Below, one piece after another: positions 22,495 to 30,018 of a stretch of 41,800 nucleotides of DNA. The stretch spans positions 1-41,800 of the forward strand of contig CAZSPJ010000001.1 in assembly GCA_964608795.1 (NCBI GenBank), given 5' to 3'. The translations under genes were made by a program, and so were the position numbers. Under the pieces are notes generated by a model, which was not told where the DNA came from, did no database searches, and saw only the letters and a program-made list of their open reading frames with translations. This stretch comes from an uncultured Candidatus Poseidoniales archaeon. Its GTDB lineage: Archaea; Thermoplasmatota; Poseidoniia; Poseidoniales; Thalassarchaeaceae. The first letter of the stretch is position 1. The number at the start of each line of letters is the position of its first letter.

Positions 22495-24639
22495 TTACTC
22501 GGATTCGCCCCAGTCCAGAGCCCGGTTGGGGGTCGCAGCGAGTGGCTCTCCCCCGACCAGTCCCGATAGTTGGAATCCGAGGCTGGTAGGGCCGCCCTCC
22601 AGTGCGAGGCTGAGGAACACCCTGCTTCCAGCAGACAGCGTGTCAAGGAAGATCTCGTCGTCTTGGAAGAGTCGGCTGGGTGACACCGAGGAGATGCCGA
22701 CCTTGGCTCCCTCGGGAGCATGAATCCTCATCGCAGCCAGCTCCCACGGGACCTCAGCGACCCGTATTCCCAGCAGCAGGACGGCATCTCCCTCGCTAAT
22801 CCTCCAAACGCAGATCTCCACTTGCTCGGTCATGTGCCGCAGCAGCGGCTCGCCCCAGTCCTGAATCACGGCTCTCCAAGGACTGTCCCCGAGTTGCTTC
22901 AGAGAGTACTCGATCTCCCTTTCGTCGATACTCTCTGCGGACAGGGCCTCGGCGAGCCTCTCGCGCAGGCGACGCAGCCTGCGACGCTCGTGCTTCTCGA
23001 TATCGCTAGCCAGAGGCGCTCCACTGAAGATGGCCGCTCTGTTCCACCACAGCACCATCAGCAGCGGGGTCAGTAGCATGAAGCCGGCGAACATGTAGAA
23101 CCCTCTGGCCTTGTGGGACAAATCCACAAACTCGTTTTCTACTGGTTCATAGGGCCCGTTGTAGGGCAGTGAGAACTGGTATTCTCCCGTGCCTTCTGCC
23201 TGACCCATGCCCTGGCCCCACTCGATCATCAGAGCATGCATCCCAGGTGGAACTATCATCATCGAACCGTCGGTGGAGTTCACGACTTCTCCCGTCTCCT
23301 GATCCAGTGTCATCAGCGTGAATGTGACGGGGGAGTCGCCTATCCTTTGGATGCGGACGTAAGACCCGTTCTCCTCGGTCACTGAGAAAGCGAACACATC
23401 GGTAGTGTCGAAAACATCGAGACTGCCCTCGATTGTGGCTGCTCCAAGGCTCAGGACTTGCCATCTGAAATCTGGCCCTCCCAGCTCCCATACCATATCC
23501 GGGGCATCTCCGATTAGGGCACCATCACTCGGTTTGAGGGATTTCAGCATTATACTCCATGCTGCGGTTCTGCCCTGCGTGGTCAATCCGAATTCGACCG
23601 AGACGGTTTGTGCCGTGGTCTCAAACTCTTCCGCGCAGCCACTTCCGACGGCGAGGCTCGAGCCGTCCATCTGGTGAAGCACGATCTCAACACTGACGAT
23701 GTCTGTGAACGAACATAACGGCTCCAGCTTCATCTTGGCTCCAGAGGCTATGAGCAGGGAGTCTCCTTGCGAATCTGAAGCGGCGAGGTGTCCGTGATAG
23801 AGCAGGGAAGATTCACCGTAGAACGGCAGAGCCTCCCCGTGGCTCCATGGATTACTCAATTCACCTGCACCAGGTGCCTCAGTGTCATCATCGTAACGAA
23901 CAATCTCGAACTCGTAGGGAGAGTAATCATCCTCCGCCGAGTGAACGAGGCGAATCCACAGCTCTCCTTGAGCCGGGTATTCGAAGTAGTGCCCCATCTC
24001 TGTACGCTCGATGGTGTCAACAAGCGACTTCAACTCCTCGTCTCTGTGCCAGATCTCGATGCCAATCTCACTGGGTCCCCTCAGGCTGTTGAGCAGCATC
24101 ACGTCACCGGGGTCTCCGACCACCATTACGGCATCCTTGTCACTCTGGTTCTCCAGTGCTCCGACGTAGAGCACGCCCTCAGAAAGAAGGTCGATTGCAG
24201 CACAGGAGTGTAACTGGCATGGCGAAGTCGTGTTGATTCGCGGGTATTCACCCTGACTTCCCGGAGGTGGGACTATGTTCGGCAGATCTTCGTGCTCAGT
24301 CCATTCATCCATCCTGCTGAGTATCACTTCTGTCCCTAGGTCACCGGACTCGGTTCCCGAATCGACGAGGAGCTGCCAGGACACGTTGCCCTCGACCCAT
24401 CCTGACCATTCCACGAGATGTGGGTCCTCATGTCTCTCCTCGACTCCGTCAGCCCAGACGACTAGCTCCATCCCCTGGCAACCGACCTTCAAACACGAAA
24501 CACCAATCCACACCGGCCCGCTAGTGCTGAATTCCTCGTCACTGAGCACTACCTTAGAGTCCTCATCGGCGCTGACTGAAGCGCTGAACGCAGCCAGTGC
24601 CAACAACGCAGCCAACAGCCCCGCTCGCACGCCTCGCAT
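22495..24639 (-). CDS. Type I membrane protein: signal peptide, ectodomain with PPC-like (pre-peptidase C-terminal-like) beta-sandwich modules, one TM helix and a cytoplasmic domain of about 190 aa
   Basis: ATG 24639 gives MRGVRAGLLAALLALAAFSASVSA followed by DED. The track's start at 24903 adds 88 low-complexity residues ahead of a signal peptide and is implausible. The module IEGSLDVFDTTDVFAFSVTEENGSYVRIQ is PPC-like. The TM helix is GFYMFAGFMLLTPLLMVLWW, followed by RRRLRRLRERL and a globular tail. Confidence 0.8.
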   Translation of the reverse strand: MRGVRAGLLAALLALAAFSASVSADEDSKVVLSDEEFSTSGPVWIGVSCLKVGCQGMELVVWADGVEERHEDPHLVEWSGWVEGNVSWQLLVDSGTESGDLGTEVILSRMDEWTEHEDLPNIVPPPGSQGEYPRINTTSPCQLHSCAAIDLLSEGVLYVGALENQSDKDAVMVVGDPGDVMLLNSLRGPSEIGIEIWHRDEELKSLVDTIERTEMGHYFEYPAQGELWIRLVHSAEDDYSPYEFEIVRYDDDTEAPGAGELSNPWSHGEALPFYGESSLLYHGHLAASDSQGDSLLIASGAKMKLEPLCSFTDIVSVEIVLHQMDGSSLAVGSGCAEEFETTAQTVSVEFGLTTQGRTAAWSIMLKSLKPSDGALIGDAPDMVWELGGPDFRWQVLSLGAATIEGSLDVFDTTDVFAFSVTEENGSYVRIQRIGDSPVTFTLMTLDQETGEVVNSTDGSMMIVPPGMHALMIEWGQGMGQAEGTGEYQFSLPYNGPYEPVENEFVDLSHKARGFYMFAGFMLLTPLLMVLWWNRAAIFSGAPLASDIEKHERRRLRRLRERLAEALSAESIDEREIEYSLKQLGDSPWRAVIQDWGEPLLRHMTEQVEICVWRISEGDAVLLLGIRVAEVPWELAAMRIHAPEGAKVGISSVSPSRLFQDDEIFLDTLSAGSRVFLSLALEGGPTSLGFQLSGLVGGEPLAATPNRALDWGESE

Positions 24640-24895
24640 GTGAGGCCGACCCGGCTGCACCTTAGAATCCTTCAAGCGAACCGCGTCAGTGCGACGGCGT
24701 ATGACAGAACGCCCGCTGGCCCGTGGTGTGGCCGCAAGGCAACGTTTCGCGAGGCTGATGCCGCTAGGCGATAGGAACCAGCCTGTCGGGTGGGCACCGG
24801 GCCTAGTTCTGGGCCCCCAAGATCCCGAAATCGAACCGTCTTTGGCGCCGTTCTCGTGCTCGAGGAGCCAAGGCGCCGTGCCAGCGACCATCTCG

Positions 24896-26485
24896 ATGTC
24901 CACGAGGGCGGAGATGTGCTACCCGTTCGACTCTACCGACACATGGGATGCATCGGAGGGTCTGACACTTCCTCCAAGCCTTGCCGAAGCCGATTCGGGA
25001 GAGGCTGGTCACGGCTCCCAACTGCTGCCCGTCTCATGGCAGTCCATGCACCACGACCAGAACCTCAACAATCCCGAACTGGAGCCTTCAGTCATAGCCC
25101 TAGTCGACGCAGCGCAACTAGCCGAGCGCCCCGGGATGCTGGTTGAGGCGCTCGATGCCCTCAGGGTGCGCTTCCCAACGTCCCTCATATGGACTCCCGG
25201 GATAGCAGGTCCAGACAACTGCGCACTCCTCTCATGGATGGGGGTCGACCTGTTCGACACGACGCGCTCAAGACGAGCCGCGTCGCTCGGTGTGATTCTC
25301 ACCGAAGACGGGCCGAGGCTGCCTGAGGAAACGCTCGGAGAAAACGCCGACATGGATGCTCAGTGCGCTGCATGGGCTCGCGCTATCGCAGCCACAAGAA
25401 CCGCGATCCGGAACGGCTCGTTGCGCGAGCTGGCTGAGCGCCAGAGTGCTTCCAGCCCACGCACGGTGGAGCACCTCCGCCGACATGACTCATTGATGAG
25501 GAGGTACGAAGGGGATCGCTCAGGCCTAGCTAGGGTGGTCGGGCACGAGCACAGACTGAGGTGCCACACGTACTCGAGCCGAAATGACGCCCTTATTCAC
25601 GACTGGCGCAGCAGAGTAGCAGACCAGCACCAGCCGCCAGAGCACCAGAGGCAGGTCCTGCTCCTGCTGCCGTGTTCAGCGGTAAAACCATACCGCACTT
25701 CACAGAGTCACAGGAGGTTCCTGAGGGTGATCGGCTCGGATGCGGTGCATCAGGTGATGGTCACCGCTCCTCTCGGGCTAGTTCCGAGGGAGTTGGAGGA
25801 GATTTGGCCTGCAGCCAACTACGACATCCCGGTGACCGGCGAATGGGATGCTGACGAGCTCGCAGTGATTCGCGATATGACAACCCGCTTCACCTCCAGA
25901 GTCGGATACTCCACGGTGATCAATCACTCGGGTGTCGACATCGAGTTAGGAGGAGTGGAAGTTGTGGACACCCGTCAAGGTGATTCAGCAGGTTCGACAG
26001 AAGCGCTATCGAGATTGCAGGAGGAAGTCGAGCGAACGGTATCAGAATTCAATCTCGAGAGTCCTAGGAGGGCTGCTCACAGGTTGGCTCAGATGCGTGC
26101 GCTCTCGCGCTTCCAGCATGGCACCGATGCTTGGCTGGAGGGGTCCAAGGTGCAGGGCCGCCCACCAATCTTCACCATTACGAAGGATGGCGAGCAGATC
26201 GCCCAATGGAATCCGAGAAGCGGTAGATTTGCCTTCTCCAAGGCCTCCCTTCCGTTGCTCGACGCTTGCGATGCGGCACCAAGAGTCAGTCTGAAGCCGG
26301 GATTGGAGTGGAGAGGGGATCTGTTCCCGACCAATGTCGAATCTGCAGAGGCCGGCATTAGGGTAGGCGACGAGATTCTCGTGATGCAGGAAGGCCGACT
26401 CGTCGGCTCCGCGCGCGCCGAAGCTGCGGGTTGGGAGTGGCCTGACGGCCCTGGTAGGCTTGCGCGTTCCCAGCACAGGCTGTAA
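24896..26485 (+). CDS. arcS: Archaeosine synthase ArcS-like protein (TGT-like C-terminal half + CSxxKPY/DUF5591-type domain + PUA)
   Basis: LLLLPCSAVKPYRTSQSHRRF carries the PCSxxKPY signature. WTPGIAGPDNCALLSWMGVDLFD matches the C-terminal half of the TGT barrel. The C-terminal IRVGDEILVMQEGRLVGSARAE is PUA-like. The start is uncertain: ATG 24896 or 24914, or in-frame ATG 24701 if a low-complexity N-extension is real. Confidence 0.75.
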   Translation: MSTRAEMCYPFDSTDTWDASEGLTLPPSLAEADSGEAGHGSQLLPVSWQSMHHDQNLNNPELEPSVIALVDAAQLAERPGMLVEALDALRVRFPTSLIWTPGIAGPDNCALLSWMGVDLFDTTRSRRAASLGVILTEDGPRLPEETLGENADMDAQCAAWARAIAATRTAIRNGSLRELAERQSASSPRTVEHLRRHDSLMRRYEGDRSGLARVVGHEHRLRCHTYSSRNDALIHDWRSRVADQHQPPEHQRQVLLLLPCSAVKPYRTSQSHRRFLRVIGSDAVHQVMVTAPLGLVPRELEEIWPAANYDIPVTGEWDADELAVIRDMTTRFTSRVGYSTVINHSGVDIELGGVEVVDTRQGDSAGSTEALSRLQEEVERTVSEFNLESPRRAAHRLAQMRALSRFQHGTDAWLEGSKVQGRPPIFTITKDGEQIAQWNPRSGRFAFSKASLPLLDACDAAPRVSLKPGLEWRGDLFPTNVESAEAGIRVGDEILVMQEGRLVGSARAEAAGWEWPDGPGRLARSQHRL

Positions 26486-26511
26486 TCCACCCTCCGGGTG
26501 CCTACGCAGCG

Positions 26512-26549
26512 ATTAAAGAGGGGGAGCAGGTCGCCCGGACGCCCGAGGT
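26512..26549 (+). promoter_or_regulatory. Candidate TATA-like box (ATTAAAGA, 26512-26519) and Shine-Dalgarno (GAGGT, 26545-26549) for rps15
   Basis: The A/T-rich octamer lies about 40 nt upstream of ATG 26557 in otherwise GC-rich DNA. GAGGT lies 7 nt upstream of the ATG. Confidence 0.35.
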
Positions 26550-26556
26550 AACAGAC

Positions 26557-27012
26557 ATGTCACGCATGCACAGTGGAGGCAAGGGTCGCAGCGGTTCCAG
26601 CAAGCCCGGCGTCAACGAGGCTCCCGGATGGTCGGCCTCCGACAAGACGGACGTTGAGGAGCTGATTGTGAGCCTGGCTCGAGAGGGGCACTCCACTGCG
26701 ATGATCGGCACTATCCTGCGTGACCAGCACGCTGTGCCCGATGCGCGACTCGTCACTGGAGAGAGGATTTCCCATACGCTTTCTAGGAACGGCATCACGA
26801 ACAAGTACCCTGAGGACATGATGAACCTCATGCGCCGGGCTCTGAGCCTGATTGACCATCTCGCTGGTAACTCGAAGGATCTCCACAACCGCCGGCAACT
26901 CGAACTCTGTGAGTCTAAGATTCGCCGTCTCGCTAGGTACTACAAGAACACTGGAAAACTCGACGAGGACTGGGTCTACAAGCAGGACCAACTGCGTCTT
27001 ATGGTCGAGTGA
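26557..27012 (+). CDS. rps15: 30S ribosomal protein S15 (uS15, archaeal/eukaryotic S13e type)
   Basis: The N-terminus MSRMHSGGKGRSGSSKP and the C-terminal half HLAGNSKDLHNRRQLELCESKIRRLARYYK are typical of archaeal S15. Length is 151 aa. Confidence 0.95.
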   Translation: MSRMHSGGKGRSGSSKPGVNEAPGWSASDKTDVEELIVSLAREGHSTAMIGTILRDQHAVPDARLVTGERISHTLSRNGITNKYPEDMMNLMRRALSLIDHLAGNSKDLHNRRQLELCESKIRRLARYYKNTGKLDEDWVYKQDQLRLMVE

Positions 27013-27054
27013 TTCTTGCGCAGGGGATTTGAACCCCGGCTCCACAGCACGAGC

Positions 27055-27921
27055 ATGCGCACGCTGCTGGAGGCCGAGCCGCTGGCCCCTGTGTCCAAGA
27101 CACTGTCCCAGGCAGCCGACCAGCTGCGCAGCTCAAACACGACCATACTTCTTCTCGCAGCCCCCTCTCTACAGGGAGCCCTGGCCATTGCCCCGCTGGA
27201 GGCCGCTTTGGTCGACACTGGCCTGCCTTACCGTCGCCGATTCAGGCTCGAGGCACCCGCCGAGGGCTCGTGGGTGCACATTCTCGGACCAGCCGATGAG
27301 AGCGGCCCTAGGCTATCTTTGGACCCCACCCAGCTGTCATTGGCAGGAACCGTGGTGGAAGGCCTCACTGGACATCAGGGAGACTCCCGTAAGGGACCTC
27401 TCACCGCTGTGGCGCAGTCGCATGCCCTAGCGCAGGCGATTTGCCCCGACGGAGCCCGGATACGACGCCTCAGGCCGTGGGCGATCTCAGGCAACTGGCT
27501 CCACTCTGCTCTGGACACGACCTATGACCCTGTCTTCACGGCCCTGCGCGACGCACTGGTGGAGGACGGCTCCATCAGGGTAGTCCCGCTGCCCGAGGTT
27601 CCTGAGCCCAACATCTCGTCAAGCACGTGGATCGACCCTGCGGCGCTGGACGCCGTGACCTCCCGCTGGCCTTCTCTGGACATGGAGGGACGCGCACGCG
27701 CGCTCTCCCACCTGATGCGACCGGCTCTGTCCCGCTCCACGCCCTCCACTGCTAGGCTGGAGGAGATAGGATGGCATTGCGTCATGGGCCCGGGATGGTC
27801 GACTGACCTTGCCGGGCAGATAGCTTCAGCGGCTGGCATGTGGAAGGAGAACCCAGCGGCGGTCGCTGCTGGAAGAGTCGCCGACTCTCTGTTGAGGCGA
27901 GGAGTTATTCCTCGACTCTGA
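27055..27921 (+). CDS. Hypothetical protein, possibly a catalytically inactivated DHH-domain (RecJ/GAN/Cdc45-like) protein
   Basis: The gene lies 43 nt after rps15. TILLLAAPSLQGALAIAPLEAAL aligns by eye with the DHH motif I region (hhhhxHxxxDxDGxxSxxxL), with Asp/Asp replaced by Ser/Gln. No DHH tripeptide is seen. ATG 27055 is preferred to TTG 27016. Confidence 0.55.
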   Translation: MRTLLEAEPLAPVSKTLSQAADQLRSSNTTILLLAAPSLQGALAIAPLEAALVDTGLPYRRRFRLEAPAEGSWVHILGPADESGPRLSLDPTQLSLAGTVVEGLTGHQGDSRKGPLTAVAQSHALAQAICPDGARIRRLRPWAISGNWLHSALDTTYDPVFTALRDALVEDGSIRVVPLPEVPEPNISSSTWIDPAALDAVTSRWPSLDMEGRARALSHLMRPALSRSTPSTARLEEIGWHCVMGPGWSTDLAGQIASAAGMWKENPAAVAAGRVADSLLRRGVIPRL

Positions 27922-29923
27922 GCATGCTCTTGCAACTTGGGCACTCTACTCTGAGTGGACGGACCTCGGACTCGATGGGCACTCTGGTGGAGCACGCCGG
28001 GCAGTCGATGTAAGGACCGGTGCTGCGTCTGCCGATTCTTTGAATGGTCTCAGTCTTGGGAGATACTAGGGCCACCGGGAACACCAGCAGGATTGATGAG
28101 ATTGAGACTCCGAAGACAATCGGCATCGGCATGCCCAGAACGTAAATCACCAGTGCTAGGCAACCGAGGGCGACCACCGTCACCACTGCGGGGGCACTTG
28201 ACCTGCGCTTGGTCAGCGCCATCGCGAATCCGATTCCGACGGACAGGAACAGCACCGACATCATCGCACCATAGAGTACACTGTACAAGGCGAAGCCCGA
28301 AGGTTGGAACTCCACCCTGAAGTCGAGCCCGGGGTCGAGTTCAGGCTCGTCGACGGTAAGCACCTCGAGGATAATCCAACGCCTGTGCTTGTACTCGATA
28401 TCATCTGCTGCGACAGCCCCCAAGTCCTCCAGCAGAGTCGACCTCAATTCAGCAGTCAACTCAATCTCAGTCCAGTAGTCGTCGGGAGACGAGCGTACGA
28501 AACTCTCAACGAGGACCTGCCTCTCCGCCTCCATCGAATCATAACTGTACGATGTGTCGATGAAGATGGTGACGGCATCGGCGCTGAAGGCCCTAGTGCC
28601 ACCCATGTCGATTGTTATCTCTGTCGGCCCAAGCTCTATTGGATTGACACCGAGAATGGCCTCTATCTCCAACGACAGCCCGTTAGACATGAAAGAGCGG
28701 AGATTGGTTGCAGATCCCGTCAGGTGGCCTTGCAGGGCGAGCAGTTCAGAGTCATCCACCCTACCGTTGTGTTTGTCGGCGGACGGGACCGAGTCTGCGT
28801 AGGAATTCAGATTGCGCCACCAACTGTTTGAACTCAAACTCTGGTTGCCGATGTTGTCTAGTCCCCAACGCATCCACTGCGACATCGAACCGTCGAACTT
28901 GATCATCACCTCGCGGTCAACAACGTACCCGTTCCACTTAGCTTCGATTTCCATATCGAGGGACGAGCCACCGGTCCTCAACGGCTCGTTCGCTGGATAC
29001 CACCCTGTATTGCCGGTGTCTTCGCCGATGATGATGTCATGAGTGCGCGTGGTGTCTATTTGGAGGCCGCTCTGCGGCTTCAATTGGAAGTCTACCCTGA
29101 TGTTACCACCTTCTGAGTTCTCAGGAACCTCCCAGACGAAGGTGACCTCGACACCCCCCTCGACTCCAGTGGCGATTGGCATCTGGCTGACCTCGGCACC
29201 CTGCACTGAGATACCCCCGGTGGACCCGGTCCACATCCGGTCGTCGAAGCCGGATTTGAGGACAATAGGGAAGTAGACCAGCCTACCTAGGACGCTGGCA
29301 TCCTTCATCTCGATGTCTACTAGGGGGAAGCGCACTGAGATATGGGCATCATTGGCCTCGGACCCCCATAGGAAGCGGATTCCAGCATCATCCCCTGGTT
29401 GGGAGAAGAGGAGGCTGCGCACGGTCAGGGTGAGTTCCAGCAGATCACCGTCGTTGACCTGTCCGGGACTGACTTCGACGCTGATTTGAAGCATCCCGGA
29501 ACCGGTGAGATATGGGTCAACGCCCCCGTCTCCGTCGTAGAACGACCCACCTATCCTAATCTCCAAGGTAGAGTTGATGGTCACTCCCACGGCACCCTCG
29601 ACCTCGTAGGGAATGCTGAATTCCCAAGTCGAGTTTTGGTAGGCCCCCTCGGTCCCCCAGACCACACCCCATGCTCCGATCTTGATCTCGCTCAGGATGG
29701 AGGGTGTGACGAGGGTGGATTGGGAATCCGACTCGTCGCTCTCGAGGTCCTCATCGAAGGGAGTGAGTGTACCGTCATCGGCATCGCCCATGAGAAAGAG
29801 GTCGAAATCGGTCGAGTTGCAGCAGGTCACATCGTCTTGGGCAACTGCTGCATAAGGAGACATGCTCATCGTGAGAAGCAGCGCCACCAGAGCCAAGGCG
29901 CTGGGGCGTCGCTTAGAGGGCAT
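27905..29923 (-). CDS. Exported membrane protein: signal peptide, large ectodomain, about 3 C-terminal TM helices and a cytoplasmic zinc ribbon
   Basis: The signal peptide is MPSKRRPSALALVALLLTMSMSPYAAVA. C-terminal hydrophobic segments are LYSVLYGAMMSVLFLSVGIGFAMAL, VVTVVALGCLALVIYVLGM and IVFGVSISSILLVFPVALV. The final motif CPACSTRVPIESEVRPLRVECPSCKSMLRV is CxxC-x16-CxxC. Confidence 0.8.
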   Translation of the reverse strand: MPSKRRPSALALVALLLTMSMSPYAAVAQDDVTCCNSTDFDLFLMGDADDGTLTPFDEDLESDESDSQSTLVTPSILSEIKIGAWGVVWGTEGAYQNSTWEFSIPYEVEGAVGVTINSTLEIRIGGSFYDGDGGVDPYLTGSGMLQISVEVSPGQVNDGDLLELTLTVRSLLFSQPGDDAGIRFLWGSEANDAHISVRFPLVDIEMKDASVLGRLVYFPIVLKSGFDDRMWTGSTGGISVQGAEVSQMPIATGVEGGVEVTFVWEVPENSEGGNIRVDFQLKPQSGLQIDTTRTHDIIIGEDTGNTGWYPANEPLRTGGSSLDMEIEAKWNGYVVDREVMIKFDGSMSQWMRWGLDNIGNQSLSSNSWWRNLNSYADSVPSADKHNGRVDDSELLALQGHLTGSATNLRSFMSNGLSLEIEAILGVNPIELGPTEITIDMGGTRAFSADAVTIFIDTSYSYDSMEAERQVLVESFVRSSPDDYWTEIELTAELRSTLLEDLGAVAADDIEYKHRRWIILEVLTVDEPELDPGLDFRVEFQPSGFALYSVLYGAMMSVLFLSVGIGFAMALTKRRSSAPAVVTVVALGCLALVIYVLGMPMPIVFGVSISSILLVFPVALVSPKTETIQRIGRRSTGPYIDCPACSTRVPIESEVRPLRVECPSCKSMLRVEE

Positions 29924-29994
29924 CAGACCCTGTGGCCGGCTCGTATCCCTTGAATGCGCCGCCTCTCGAAACCTCGTGTACGCGATTGCGCGGG

Positions 29995-30011
29995 CGGCGC
30001 CAAAGGCGCCG
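29995..30011 (-). terminator. Perfect 7-bp stem / 3-nt loop hairpin 8 nt downstream of the gltX stop (candidate terminator or processing signal)
   Basis: The forward sequence is cggcgcc-aaa-ggcgccg. On the minus-strand RNA this reads CGGCGCC-UUU-GGCGCCG, preceded by cugauuu. There is no long downstream T-run, so the function is uncertain. Confidence 0.2.
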
Positions 30012-30018
30012 AAATCAG

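Noticed and set aside
22065-22721. 218-aa minus-strand ORF across the dnaJ 3' end
   Set aside because: It is antisense to dnaJ and out of frame with the 715-aa gene. Its composition is Ser/Pro/Arg-rich.
24821-24837. T-arm-like string on the minus strand (GGTTCGATTTCGGGATC), suggesting a tRNA
   Set aside because: I could not build an acceptor stem, D-arm or anticodon arm from the flanking sequence on either strand. There is no cloverleaf, so no tRNA is called.
24640-24903. N-terminal extension of the 802-aa minus-strand ORF (start 24903) and the extension of the 598-aa ORF to 24689
   Set aside because: The minus-strand protein has a textbook signal peptide beginning at ATG 24639, and 88 residues ahead of a signal peptide is implausible. 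The GTG 24689 start for the ArcS-like gene is unsupported. ATG 24701 remains a possible alternative and is discussed in the findings.
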